64,000 nt of DNA from an uncultured Thermococci archaeon (GCA_964595645.1 CAZQQT010000005.1:64001-128000), one strand, 5' to 3'; shown: positions 1-9,675, counted from the first letter of the stretch. The notes: generated by a model not told the origin, from the sequence alone. Program-made: numbers and translations.

Positions 1-166
1 GTAATAGAAAATGAACCGAAGGTATTGTAATGGGGAAAAGGGATGTTGACATGCATAAAAATACCTTATAAGACAGGATTCTGTCCATTGATGGATCCAT
101 ACTCGTAAAAACACCATTTTTTTCAAGCCCAAATATCGGTCCGTTGGAGAATTGAAGGGATTTAAA

Positions 167-251
167 TGCGGAGGAAGGGATTTGAACCCTCGAACTCCTA
201 CGAGACAGGACCCTGAATCCTGCACCTTTGGCCATGCTCGGTAACCTCCGC
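167..251 (-). tRNA. tRNA-Leu(CAG)
   Basis: Reverse complement folds as a cloverleaf: acceptor GCGGAGG/CCTCCGC, anticodon arm CAGGA-TT-CAG-GG-TCCTG, long variable arm, T-loop TTCAAAT; no encoded CCA. Confidence 0.96.
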
Positions 252-432
252 CTGTGTATTTTTCATTTTATAGGTAGTATTTAAATGGTTTTGGCTGCGA
301 AGAAATAGTGTGGTTGTTCCAATTTTCTGTCAGGTCAGTATGGCAAATAAGAATAAAATACGTCAATGAACTAAAAAAGGAAGAAGGTTTTTAAGCATTG
401 TTCACTGACTTATATATTGAAAAGTAATATAT

Positions 433-748
433 ATGGATAGAATAAAGAAGTTAATGATGGAAACAGTGTTTTTAGTCTCTTTGTTAGGGATGAGTTCAGT
501 AGGTGCGGTAGTGTGTGTAACTACATCATCGTCTGTAGTTGCAATAAGCCCTGCCAATAACGTTCAACCCTCAGGTGCAGGAGCTCCTCGATGATGTGAA
601 TGTGCTTCTCGATCAGGCATTAGAGCAAGAGCTCGATGTTGCGGAGTACGAAGAGAGGATAGAAAAAGCTGAAAATACGGGCAACGCTCTGTACGCTAAA
701 AACCTCCTTGAATCGGCGATATCTGGACTGAAAGCACTCTTAAGTTAA
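433..748 (+). pseudogene. Frameshifted, internally deleted remnant of an exported protein (signal-peptide-like N-terminus plus helical C-terminal domain)
   Basis: ATG433-TGA594 reads MDRIKKLMMETVFLVSLLGMSSVGAVV...; the +1 frame 575-748 reads VQELLDDVNVLLDQALEQELDVAEYEERIEKAENTGNALYAKNLLESAISGLKALLS*. Both are below the ORF-track cutoff. Confidence 0.6.
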
Positions 749-790
749 TTGTTTCTTCTCTTTTTCTTTTTTTTAAAAGAAATCTTTAAA

Positions 791-862
791 TGCGGCTGCC
801 GGGATTCGAACCCGGGTCGTGGGCTTGGAAGGCCCAAGTGCTAGCCGCTACACTACAGCCGC
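791..862 (-). tRNA. tRNA-Gly(TCC)
   Basis: Reverse complement GCGGCTG...CAGCCGC-A, anticodon arm TGGGC-CT-TCC-AA-GCCCA, T-loop TTCGAAT. Confidence 0.96.
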
Positions 863-924
863 TCTACCGTTTTTCCCCATGCCACTATTTAAATTTTACG
901 ATTTTGTCCAAAAGAATAAAAAAG

Positions 925-938
925 ATTAAGTTTATATA
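925..938 (+). promoter_or_regulatory. TATA box (TTTATATA 931-938) of the roadblock-minD operon
   Basis: TATA about 25-30 nt upstream of GTG962, with A-rich sequence upstream. Confidence 0.6.
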
Positions 939-961
939 GTAGTTTATCAGTGAAGTAGTAG

Positions 962-1312
962 GTGAGTCCGATGATAGACAGACTGGTAGCAGATTTAAAG
1001 AAAATTGATGGAATAAAACATGTAGGAGTCATTGAAGGAGACAATCCTGTTGTGTCCGATATGCCCGAAGAAGAAGGTGAACTCCTGGCTAACACGATAA
1101 CAGAGATCTATGATGTGTCTGAGGAGACAGCTGACTCGACAGATATGGGTCAACTGGAGCAGATCCTTATCAGCGGATTTGAGGGAAAAATGGTCATTGC
1201 GAAAAGCGAAGAGTATCTTATCGGTGCAATTACCGAGACAAAAGTTAATTTGGGACTGGTACGGCTTAAACTTAGAAGCATACTTCGAGAATTAAAAGGT
1301 GAGAAAGAATGA
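962..1312 (+). CDS. Roadblock/LC7 (MglB-like) domain protein
   Basis: 116 aa, helix-beta-beta-helix-beta-beta-beta-helix pattern; GQLEQILISGFEGKMVI and NLGLVRLKLR motifs. Confidence 0.88.
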   Translation: MSPMIDRLVADLKKIDGIKHVGVIEGDNPVVSDMPEEEGELLANTITEIYDVSEETADSTDMGQLEQILISGFEGKMVIAKSEEYLIGAITETKVNLGLVRLKLRSILRELKGEKE

Positions 1313-1659
1313 TAATAGAAAAAGTGCTCGGAAAGTTAAAGGAGGAAAATGATGGAGTACTTGGCAGCAGTGTGATAGAGAAGGGTGGCTTTTTAGTGGC
1401 CATGGACGCACCTGCCGATCTAGGCATAGAAAAAAGTAGTGCAATGGCTGCTTCTGTGTTCAACAGACTCATGAGAAACGTAGAATCTTCAAAAGTTGGT
1501 GCAATCGATTATATTTTAATGGAAGGAAAAGAAGGGGATATGCTCGTTGTGGATGTGGGAAATGTCTACCTTTTTGTCAGGACGAAAAAGAACGCCACAA
1601 TTGCAAAAATAATGGAAGATGCAAAGGACGTTGGAAAGAAAATTGAAGCACTTATTTGA
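1309..1659 (+). CDS. Roadblock/LC7 (MglB-like) domain protein, second paralog
   Basis: [36 protein letters not shown] motifs; ATGA overlap with the upstream gene. Confidence 0.9.
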   Translation: MIIEKVLGKLKEENDGVLGSSVIEKGGFLVAMDAPADLGIEKSSAMAASVFNRLMRNVESSKVGAIDYILMEGKEGDMLVVDVGNVYLFVRTKKNATIAKIMEDAKDVGKKIEALI

Positions 1660-1673
1660 GGAGGATAGTGTAT

Positions 1674-2447
1674 ATGGGACAATCTATTGTTGTATCATCG
1701 GGAAAAGGTGGAACAGGAAAAACAACGATATGTGCGAATTTAGGGATAGCACTGGCTCAAAGAGGAAAGTCGGTGACGATCCTGGATGCTGATATTGATA
1801 TGGCCAATTTGGAACTTATGCTCGGTCTGGAGGGCATGCCTGTCACACTCCATGAGGTACTCTCCGGTGAGGCAGAGCCGGAAGAGGCAATATATGATGG
1901 TCCAGAGGGCGTGAGGATACTCCCTGCGGGGCTCTCACTGAGTGGTGTGCAGAAAGCAGATCCACGAAAACTTGAGAATGTGCTCAAGAAGCTTATAGGG
2001 GTCTCTGATTATCTCCTGATAGATGGAGCTCCTGGACTGGAAGTGGATGCGGTGACTGCCATTGCAGCAGCCCAGAATTTACTCCTCGTAGTAAATCCTG
2101 AGATAACATCCATGAGTGATGCACTAAAAACGAAAATCGTTGCTGAGAAGTTGGGGACACACATTATTGGTGTGGTACTCAATAGGGTAGGTTTTGATAT
2201 GACAGAGCTTTCAAAAGAAGAAGTAGAAACTATACTGGAAACAGAGGTAGTGGCTGTGGTTCCAGAGGACCCGGAGGTGAAAAGAGCAGCAGCCTTTGGA
2301 GAGCCACTTGTGACACGAAATCCAAACTCTTCGGCAACGATAGCGGTGAAAAAACTTGCAGCCGATCTTCTTGGTGAGAAGTATATTCCACCGTCCCCTG
2401 AAAATCCTCTTAAACGAATCTTCAAAGCACTCTTTGGAAGTGATTAG
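1674..2447 (+). CDS. minD: Archaeal MinD-family ATPase
   Basis: Deviant Walker [28 protein letters not shown]-terminal amphipathic helix [11 protein letters not shown]; ATG1674 follows GAGGAGG. Confidence 0.95.
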   Translation: MGQSIVVSSGKGGTGKTTICANLGIALAQRGKSVTILDADIDMANLELMLGLEGMPVTLHEVLSGEAEPEEAIYDGPEGVRILPAGLSLSGVQKADPRKLENVLKKLIGVSDYLLIDGAPGLEVDAVTAIAAAQNLLLVVNPEITSMSDALKTKIVAEKLGTHIIGVVLNRVGFDMTELSKEEVETILETEVVAVVPEDPEVKRAAAFGEPLVTRNPNSSATIAVKKLAADLLGEKYIPPSPENPLKRIFKALFGSD

Positions 2448-2449
2448 TA

Positions 2450-2653
2450 ATGCCTTTGATGGACATACTGGCAGCAAATGTCGAAATTTTATTTGTAGCA
2501 ACAGTGTTAAGTGTAATACTTAATATTATTTTAGCGTTGAAAGTCTCCTCATTACGATCGGAAGTGTCAAGATTGAAGGGAGGATCACTTACAAGAGAAG
2601 AACTCGAACTTCTCAAATCGCGGTTAACACGACTCAAAAAGCTTACGAGATGA
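2450..2653 (+). CDS. Small single-pass membrane protein with short coiled-coil tail
   Basis: Hydrophobic ILFVATVLSVILNIILAL then LTREELELLKSRLTRLKK; starts 2 nt after minD and overlaps the next gene (ATGA). Confidence 0.8.
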   Translation: MPLMDILAANVEILFVATVLSVILNIILALKVSSLRSEVSRLKGGSLTREELELLKSRLTRLKKLTR

Positions 2654-5600
2654 TGGGATTGACACGGTTGACAAGAAAAATCTATGTATTGTTGTTAGTC
2701 TTGATTATAGTATTTCCATACTCTGTGGAAGCGGTGGTGCAGGAAGATGGAAAAATAGAAGGGACAGTATCTGATGAGTTCGGTGATCCGATAGAGGGTG
2801 CTACTGTGGTCGCCTGTTGCTACATGAAACGGTACACTACAACGACGAATGCCGATGGAGAGTATACCTTTGAGGATGTGGCGTACGATACTGCAGGAAC
2901 GAAATACAGAGTAGAGGCGTATAGGGAAGCTACAGACGAAGAAAAGGGATACGAGAAAAATACAAAATCTACAGAATTAAAGAGCCCGCCAGATAATCAA
3001 AAAACGATTGATATTTCTTTAACAGAGCTCACAGAATCGAGAGCCAAGTATAAAGAACTTTATACATTATGGATGGAAGTAGGTGATCTTCGTGCGGTAG
3101 GTGAGTACACTATTGTTCTTTTTGATATTAGCAAACGAAGTTGGGAACATGCAGAAACAAGAATGTTCCCCGAAAAGGTTTATTTCCGTGTTTTTCGAGA
3201 GGGAAATTTTATTGATGAGTATATTCTCGATCTCTGCGATAACACGGTGATTATTCAGGAGGTCCTCAAGGTTGAGATGCTGAGCATTGAGGACAGAAAC
3301 TCTGATGGCGAGTATGAGGTGGAGCTTCGAATCTCCTCGAGAGAGCGTCCTTCCATCTCTTTGAGCATATTCAAACTCTACGAGAATGTGGCAATCAAGG
3401 AGAAAACGGTGAGTGTCAATGCCACAACAACAAGCGTTGAAATCGATGGAGAAGAGTTTAAAGCAGAAGTGACAGGAAATAGTTTCACAATAGATGTGAA
3501 CAAAAATGAGATCCTCGATCCTTACGAGACGTTTACTCCTGGTGACTCATTCTCAACAATTTCAGGCCCGTGCATCTCCACACGCTCGTACCGAATTGTC
3601 ACCATTTCTGGAAACACAGTAACTTTAAAACCGGAGATTCGAGAGTTAATGAATCCCGATGATTTCGATTTGAATGAGATGCAGACAACGACTCCCATTT
3701 CTGGGGAGGAATTTTACATGTACGCGGTGGTTGAAAATGTAGGGAACTACGATGCTACGGATGTGGTGGTGAGTGTCGATCATACCAATTATACACTTCT
3801 CAATTACTGTGATATCGCCAGTGATCATATTCCTATAGGGGGCATGGGTACAAAGGAAGGAGAAAATAAAAGCAAGGTCGTCCTCCTCCGATTAAGAGCT
3901 CCTACTGTTCCCTACGAAGAGTATCATCCAATTACCATCGGTGCGAACTACAAAATGGTGTATACGAGTGAGGAAGGAGATGTGGTAGAAGAGAAGTTCC
4001 AGAAGGAGTTCAAACAGGATGTCAATGTCTATCCAAAAACGGTCCAGCTCAAAATTGATCAGTTTGTCGCATTTAAGAAGCTTCTTCTCGGTGAGGAGAG
4101 CGATATCTCCATTACTGTAGAGAACGTTGGGGATATCACAGCATACGATCTTGAGATCACGTCATACCTCCCCGCTGGTCTCGAGTTGATCGAAGGAGAC
4201 GCCACACAAACAATCGAGGAGCTTTCGCCGGGAGACAGTACGCAGTTTTCGTACAGGGTAAAGGCGAAGGAGCTGGGAGATTACGATCTGATCACCAAGG
4301 TGCGGTACAAGGATGCGCGGGGAGAACAGTATGAAAAACAGTCGTTTCCAGTGCCATTTACCGTATATAAGGAATTTCCTCGGTTAGAGTTGAAGAAAAA
4401 TATCGATAAAACAAAGATTTTGGTGAATGAACATATTATTGTCGTGCTCGTGATCACGAACACAGGGAATAAACCGGCCAAGGATATTGTCCTAGTCGAT
4501 TCTATTCCCAAGAGCTTTTCGCTTGTGAGCAGCAAAGAAGAAGAAATTACAGGAAATGTGAACGTCTTTAAAATCGACCGGATGGAACCGAACGAGAAAA
4601 GAGTGTTTAGCTACGTGATCAAAGCGGACGAACCGGGTAAGTACACATTAAAAGGCTGTAAGGTGAAGTACGCTGATTACGAGGACAACCATTTCGAGTA
4701 CGAGGCGCCGGATGTGAATATCGATGTCAGTGGTATCCCAACCCTCGACCTGAGCTACGCTCTCTCCAGAGAGAGTGTACAGGATGGTGAGTTGCTGACT
4801 GTGATAAGCACGGTGAGGAATAAGGGGAACGGCCTCGCAGAAAATATCACGATCGACAATGTGTTTAACAAGGGAGAACTCGTCAATGGAGATCTCACGA
4901 AGGAGATAGCCGCCCTCAAACCGGGGGAATACCAAAGATATAAATTCACTGTGCGCGTGCCGGTCTCAAGTACGAAATACGATTTTGTGATCGACGCAAC
5001 CTACAGCTACGAGGACATTCTCGGCAATACGTATCCCAAAGACAAGAAATCAGTTCAGTTTGTTCAGACAATCGCTGCAGAAAAACCAAAAATCGATATA
5101 GCGCGGAGTGTCGAGAAAATGATCATCAAGAGCAATAAGTACTACGTGGACGCGGGATACTCCTTTATCGTTCGTATTTCAGCGGTGAACACCGGTTCGG
5201 CCGATGCGGTGGATCTCGTGCTCGAAGAATCACTTCCTTCTGGATTTGAGGTCATCGATGGGACAAACAGCTGGGAGGGTGATCTGAAGGTAGGGGAGTC
5301 AAAGACCCTCACCTATACAGCCATTGGACATGTGGGCGGCGCCTATACACTGACACCTCGGGCATCGTATAAGGACAAATGGGACGTATCGTACGCTGCT
5401 ACGGGGAAATCACTGCAGTTTACGCTTCGAGGATTGGACATCACAAAAAATGTGAGTAAAGAAGAGGTGGCAGAAGGAGACACGCTGAGCGTGACAATCA
5501 CGGTGCGAAATTACGGTAATGCTGAGATGAGTGACATTGTGATCGAGGACGCGGTACCCGAGGGATTTGAGATTGTAGAAGGAGAGACAACAGTACAAAA

Positions 5601-6348
5601 GGACCTTTTGGAAGGCGGAGCTTCAATGAGGCTCACATACACACTCAAGGCCGTATCTTCGGGAGAGTACACGATGGAGAAGGCACGAGTGCGATGGAAA
5701 AATCCCTATGGGGAATCACGACAGCTCGAGTCGACGACGTATGCGGTCACAGTTCAGAAACCCACACCGCCCCCAACTACCACGCCCGCACCGACGACGA
5801 CAGCCCCACCCAGTGTTGTGGAGCGATTTGGATCGACACTTCTCTGGATTCTTGTGGCTGTGCTGTTACTTCTCATAGGAATTATTGGAGGGCGTGCATA
5901 CCTCCGACGACGATCTGAGATGGAGGAAGAGGAGGTGTTTGGAGAGCTCGAAATCTCTGAAGAGGAACTATCTGAAGAGGAACTTCCAGAAGAAGAAACA
6001 CCCGGAGGGGAGCTCCCAGAGGGAGTATTTTTTGGAGAGGAAGAATCAGAGGAAGAAAAAACCCCACAGGAGCTTTTTGAAGAACTTTCTGTACCTGAAG
6101 AAGAGATGTACGAAGAAGAGGAAGAACAAGAGAGTGCAAGTGACGTTGCACCGGATTCCATCAAGAAAATTCTTGACTGGCAGGACCGAGAGGAGAAGAA
6201 ACGGAGAAAAAAGAAGGAACCGAAAGAGAAGGATGAAAAAAAGGAAAAGCAGTGGTTCGATCGCGATTACGAAGTGACCGATGATATGTCCCCGAGGGAA
6301 GTCTTAAAAGGAAAAAAGAAGGAAAAGGACAACGATGAAGATACTTAA
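2650..6348 (+). CDS. Large membrane-anchored surface protein (carboxypeptidase-regulatory-like domain, tandem DUF11/CARDB-like Ig repeats, Pro/Thr linker, TM helix, acidic cytoplasmic tail)
   Basis: Signal peptide; GKIEGTVSD..GDPIEGATV..TTTNADGEYTF; at least five repeats with a V-x-N-x-G motif; PTPPPTTTPAPTTT linker; TM LLWILVAVLLLLIGIIGG-RAYLRRR; Glu-rich tail. Confidence 0.85.
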   Translation: MMGLTRLTRKIYVLLLVLIIVFPYSVEAVVQEDGKIEGTVSDEFGDPIEGATVVACCYMKRYTTTTNADGEYTFEDVAYDTAGTKYRVEAYREATDEEKGYEKNTKSTELKSPPDNQKTIDISLTELTESRAKYKELYTLWMEVGDLRAVGEYTIVLFDISKRSWEHAETRMFPEKVYFRVFREGNFIDEYILDLCDNTVIIQEVLKVEMLSIEDRNSDGEYEVELRISSRERPSISLSIFKLYENVAIKEKTVSVNATTTSVEIDGEEFKAEVTGNSFTIDVNKNEILDPYETFTPGDSFSTISGPCISTRSYRIVTISGNTVTLKPEIRELMNPDDFDLNEMQTTTPISGEEFYMYAVVENVGNYDATDVVVSVDHTNYTLLNYCDIASDHIPIGGMGTKEGENKSKVVLLRLRAPTVPYEEYHPITIGANYKMVYTSEEGDVVEEKFQKEFKQDVNVYPKTVQLKIDQFVAFKKLLLGEESDISITVENVGDITAYDLEITSYLPAGLELIEGDATQTIEELSPGDSTQFSYRVKAKELGDYDLITKVRYKDARGEQYEKQSFPVPFTVYKEFPRLELKKNIDKTKILVNEHIIVVLVITNTGNKPAKDIVLVDSIPKSFSLVSSKEEEITGNVNVFKIDRMEPNEKRVFSYVIKADEPGKYTLKGCKVKYADYEDNHFEYEAPDVNIDVSGIPTLDLSYALSRESVQDGELLTVISTVRNKGNGLAENITIDNVFNKGELVNGDLTKEIAALKPGEYQRYKFTVRVPVSSTKYDFVIDATYSYEDILGNTYPKDKKSVQFVQTIAAEKPKIDIARSVEKMIIKSNKYYVDAGYSFIVRISAVNTGSADAVDLVLEESLPSGFEVIDGTNSWEGDLKVGESKTLTYTAIGHVGGAYTLTPRASYKDKWDVSYAATGKSLQFTLRGLDITKNVSKEEVAEGDTLSVTITVRNYGNAEMSDIVIEDAVPEGFEIVEGETTVQKDLLEGGASMRLTYTLKAVSSGEYTMEKARVRWKNPYGESRQLESTTYAVTVQKPTPPPTTTPAPTTTAPPSVVERFGSTLLWILVAVLLLLIGIIGGRAYLRRRSEMEEEEVFGELEISEEELSEEELPEEETPGGELPEGVFFGEEESEEEKTPQELFEELSVPEEEMYEEEEEQESASDVAPDSIKKILDWQDREEKKRRKKKEPKEKDEKKEKQWFDRDYEVTDDMSPREVLKGKKKEKDNDEDT

Positions 6349-7378
6349 GAAGGATATGAACAAGGGATTCATAAAGATTCGCGTGGACTCGTTGGACGAT
6401 CTCTGGCATCTCACCCACGTGATTGAGGAGGGCGACGATCTCGAAGGAAAGACGTTCAGGCGGGAGGAACAGCAAACAGACAAAATTAGAGATGAACGTC
6501 TTGAAAAAAAATCGGTTTATCTTAAAGTCCGTGCAGAAAAGATAGAGTTCCATAAAAACACGAATAGACTTCGGGTAACCGGTGTGATAGAGGAGGGGGA
6601 GGATGTGGGACGGTACCATACATTCAATATTGAGGAAGGAACTGTTATTGGGATCACGAAACAGTGGAAGGATCACCATCTTGAGCGGATGCACGAGGCT
6701 GTGGAAAGTGCACATGCACCTCGGATCCTCATTCTCGCGATGGACTCCGGCGATGCTACCTTCGGGCTTGTGAGAGGCTATGGTATCGATTTTCTAGGAG
6801 ATGTGAGTGAGAACGTTCCTGGTAAGTACTACTCGGTGACACGAGAAAAGGAACAGCAGCAGTTTTTTAAGGAGACCGCCGAGAAAATCGTCAGACTTCT
6901 CGATACGCACGACGTGGAGAAAGTGGTCATTGCTGGTCCTGGATTTACCAAACAGGAGTTCACCACCTACCTTCGGGAGGAGTATCCGCAGCTTGACGGA
7001 ACATATGTACTGCGGAAAGCGTCGACAGCTGGAAGAACAGGAGTGTATGAAGTAGTGAGACGAGGCGATCTGGAGGATGTGTACAAAGAGTCACGGGTAT
7101 CACGAGAGCTCGTCCTCGTGGAACAGATGTGCCAGAAGATACTGACGGACGAGGCGGTGTATGGTACGGAGACGGTGGAGAAGGCATTAACCTATGGGGC
7201 CGTTGACACACTGCTTATTCTCGACAAGCTCATGCGAGACGAACGGTACGAGGAATTGATGAAACAAGCTCGAAGTCAGAACGCAGAAGTCTACGTAATC
7301 AGCAGTGAGCATGAAGGCGGCGAGAAACTGGAGGGACTTGGAGGAATCGCTGGTCTTCTCCGGTTTAAAATCGGGTAA
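6335..7378 (+). CDS. pelA: mRNA surveillance protein pelota
   Basis: DDLWHL, RLRVTG, YHTFNI, IAGPGFTK, HEGGEKLEGLGGIAGLLRF. Confidence 0.97.
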   Translation: MKILKKDMNKGFIKIRVDSLDDLWHLTHVIEEGDDLEGKTFRREEQQTDKIRDERLEKKSVYLKVRAEKIEFHKNTNRLRVTGVIEEGEDVGRYHTFNIEEGTVIGITKQWKDHHLERMHEAVESAHAPRILILAMDSGDATFGLVRGYGIDFLGDVSENVPGKYYSVTREKEQQQFFKETAEKIVRLLDTHDVEKVVIAGPGFTKQEFTTYLREEYPQLDGTYVLRKASTAGRTGVYEVVRRGDLEDVYKESRVSRELVLVEQMCQKILTDEAVYGTETVEKALTYGAVDTLLILDKLMRDERYEELMKQARSQNAEVYVISSEHEGGEKLEGLGGIAGLLRFKIG

Positions 7379-9145
7379 TCACAGTTTTCGAAGGAACTGG
7401 ATCAAACTTCTCTCAGTGGTGAGATAGTACTTCTGTTCTCTGATGAGGATGGATGGAAGAGAACGAATTTTCGATGGCAGCATCGCGCGTGTTTTCTCAT
7501 AGTCTCGGGGTTTGAAGTTTATCGTCCCGTTGGACACATAACTCAGAAGCGCAAATATGGTCAGTGCCTTGTTGCAGTACTTTGAGTCTTTCTCCACTAC
7601 TATTTCGACCTCGAGAGGAGACATAGACAGTTTCTGATCCAGGATGTACCGTCTATCGTAGTACTCTATTTTTGGATCTCCATACGCAATAAATACCGCA
7701 CTTTTTGTACAGGAGGCGATGATTTCCGAGAAATCAGGATAATCTATGAGTTTTTCTATCCTGAATCCTGTTTCTCCTGTGAATTCCATGCCACAGTTCT
7801 TTATTTTGCAGTATCTGCACTTTTCGAGGTCAAATACGAGATCGAGTGTATTTCCCATCGCTATCTCTTCTCGAAGACCTTCGAGGATTCCTTCTTCTGT
7901 GAGTTCTCCAGTGAAAATTCTATTGTTGATTATGAGTGTGGGTTCCAGGAACTCTGAGTCTTCGAGAGGGATGAATGTAATATTAAGGAATTTTTGAAGT
8001 TCAGTGAGTATGGGTGGAATCTCATCTTCAAGATGGTAGAACCGGATGATCAGTTTTCTCGCCTCTGGAGAGAGATCGTAATACCCGATTTCATCTCCGC
8101 TCCTGTACACGCCTGACGGTGTGTACGGTCTCAATGGCGTTTCGTCAACAACCGTCTCTTTTTTTTCCGCTCCAGGTTCTTCAACACACCTTTCTTCGAA
8201 TGATTTTGTCGGGTACACAAACTCAATGGCGTTGTTGCGACACACTTCCACGCACTCCCCACAGAGTGTACAGTCCGTGCTCCGTTCACTTTGCACTGGA
8301 TCGATTCCCATAGGGCACGCGTCGGCGCACATACCGCAGCCATCACACTTCTCCATATCGACATGAAGTTTGAGGAGGCTTACCTTGTTGAAGATTCCTA
8401 CCCAGGCACCAAGAGGGCAGAGGGATCGGCACCAGAATCGGGAGATTACGAGGATAATGCCCATCAGAAAGATGAAAAATACGATTCTTCCGATAAAAAG
8501 TGTGTCGACAACCATTCCATGCTGGATTCTGTACGGTACGGCGGCTTCGATGAATCCTGCTGGACATATTTTACAGAAGAGCGTGTCCGCAAAATACCAC
8601 GCGGCGACAACTGTTGCTGCAAGCACGACAAATTTCGTGAACCGTAATCTGTGGGGTGTAGTGATCTTTCGATTGAAGATCTTGTCCATGCCGTCCTGAA
8701 GGAGTCCAAAGGGACATGCCCAGCTGCAGAAGGCGCGTCCTATCGCCACAAAAAAGACCGTGGTGTAGCCGATGAGGTAGTACGGTACCTTCCCGAGGAT
8801 GACGAAGTTTTGGATAGTACCGATAGGACAGGCTGTGGATGCGAGGGGGCATGCGTAACAGTGGAGAAATGGAGCGCAGAGCATCTTGAATACAATACCC
8901 AGCCCGCCGAGGCTCACTATTACGACGGAGATGAGCTGTGCGATTCTCCTCTTCTTCAGTGTGTTCTCACGCATAAAGAAGATACCCATACCAATGAGCA
9001 CAAAACCAATCAACAGCACAAAAAAGTCTATCTCTGTGACTGCAGGATCTCCAACGTATCCCACTTGCATATTCACAATTGAAAAAAGCGTGATCACACT
9101 ACCAACGGCAAGTAGCATCTTTTCCGTTATCTCCCCTTCACGCAT
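7379..9145 (-). CDS. Membrane 4Fe-4S binding protein (NapH/FixG-like) with extra C-terminal thioredoxin-like and Cys-rich regions
   Basis: CYACP..ACPIG, GRAFCSWACPFG, FCKICPAG, RFWCRSLCPLG, two CxxCxxCxxxC ferredoxin motifs, about 270-aa C-terminal extension. Confidence 0.85.
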   Translation of the reverse strand: MREGEITEKMLLAVGSVITLFSIVNMQVGYVGDPAVTEIDFFVLLIGFVLIGMGIFFMRENTLKKRRIAQLISVVIVSLGGLGIVFKMLCAPFLHCYACPLASTACPIGTIQNFVILGKVPYYLIGYTTVFFVAIGRAFCSWACPFGLLQDGMDKIFNRKITTPHRLRFTKFVVLAATVVAAWYFADTLFCKICPAGFIEAAVPYRIQHGMVVDTLFIGRIVFFIFLMGIILVISRFWCRSLCPLGAWVGIFNKVSLLKLHVDMEKCDGCGMCADACPMGIDPVQSERSTDCTLCGECVEVCRNNAIEFVYPTKSFEERCVEEPGAEKKETVVDETPLRPYTPSGVYRSGDEIGYYDLSPEARKLIIRFYHLEDEIPPILTELQKFLNITFIPLEDSEFLEPTLIINNRIFTGELTEEGILEGLREEIAMGNTLDLVFDLEKCRYCKIKNCGMEFTGETGFRIEKLIDYPDFSEIIASCTKSAVFIAYGDPKIEYYDRRYILDQKLSMSPLEVEIVVEKDSKYCNKALTIFALLSYVSNGTINFKPRDYEKTRAMLPSKIRSLPSILIREQKYYLTTERSLIQFLRKL

Positions 9146-9590
9146 TTTCTATAGCCTCCAGAATCCTGCTATCAAGTTTAAAGGCGCCAGAAAGTCTCGT
9201 TGCTTCCTCGCCATTGATCAGGATGATGGTGACGGGTAGGCCGTTGCGATCGATACCGTACTCCTCAAATGTCTCGGGGTGCTCCTCGTACTCGATCACG
9301 GTGTACTCTATCGATGCTGAAGCACCGGCTATCTCTTTCACGGTTTTGATGGCATCTGGACAGGATTTGCACCACTCTGCGGAAAATACGATAAGTTTCA
9401 CGGCACGATCGATTTTCTCTATACCCCCTGTATCTTCAATGCTAGTCTGATATGAGGAAGAGGTGAGTCCAAGGCAGGAAAGACAGATATACGTGGCGAT
9501 ATTTTCGGTGTCCACATGTTGTTTGAGACTTACACCGTAGCTTAGTACCACGATCCCGATTATCAGTACAGCTATCCCTTCCTTCTGCAT
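9138..9590 (-). CDS. Membrane-anchored thioredoxin-family protein with N-terminal CLSCLG motif
   Basis: N-terminal TM, ICLSCLG, WCKSC active site, GLPV cis-Pro loop. Confidence 0.85.
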   Translation of the reverse strand: MQKEGIAVLIIGIVVLSYGVSLKQHVDTENIATYICLSCLGLTSSSYQTSIEDTGGIEKIDRAVKLIVFSAEWCKSCPDAIKTVKEIAGASASIEYTVIEYEEHPETFEEYGIDRNGLPVTIILINGEEATRLSGAFKLDSRILEAIENA

Positions 9591-9675
9591 GGGTATGCTA
9601 TACGGAGTAGTTATTTATACCTTTCGTTTGTTCCAGAAACAGAATCTTTAAATAGCAGATCAGCCCTGTAGAGGT

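Noticed and set aside
5920-6130. GAA/GAG-rich low-complexity tract as a DNA repeat element
   Set aside because: It encodes the Glu-rich tail; the same applies to the A-rich coiled-coil gene at 34346-35236.
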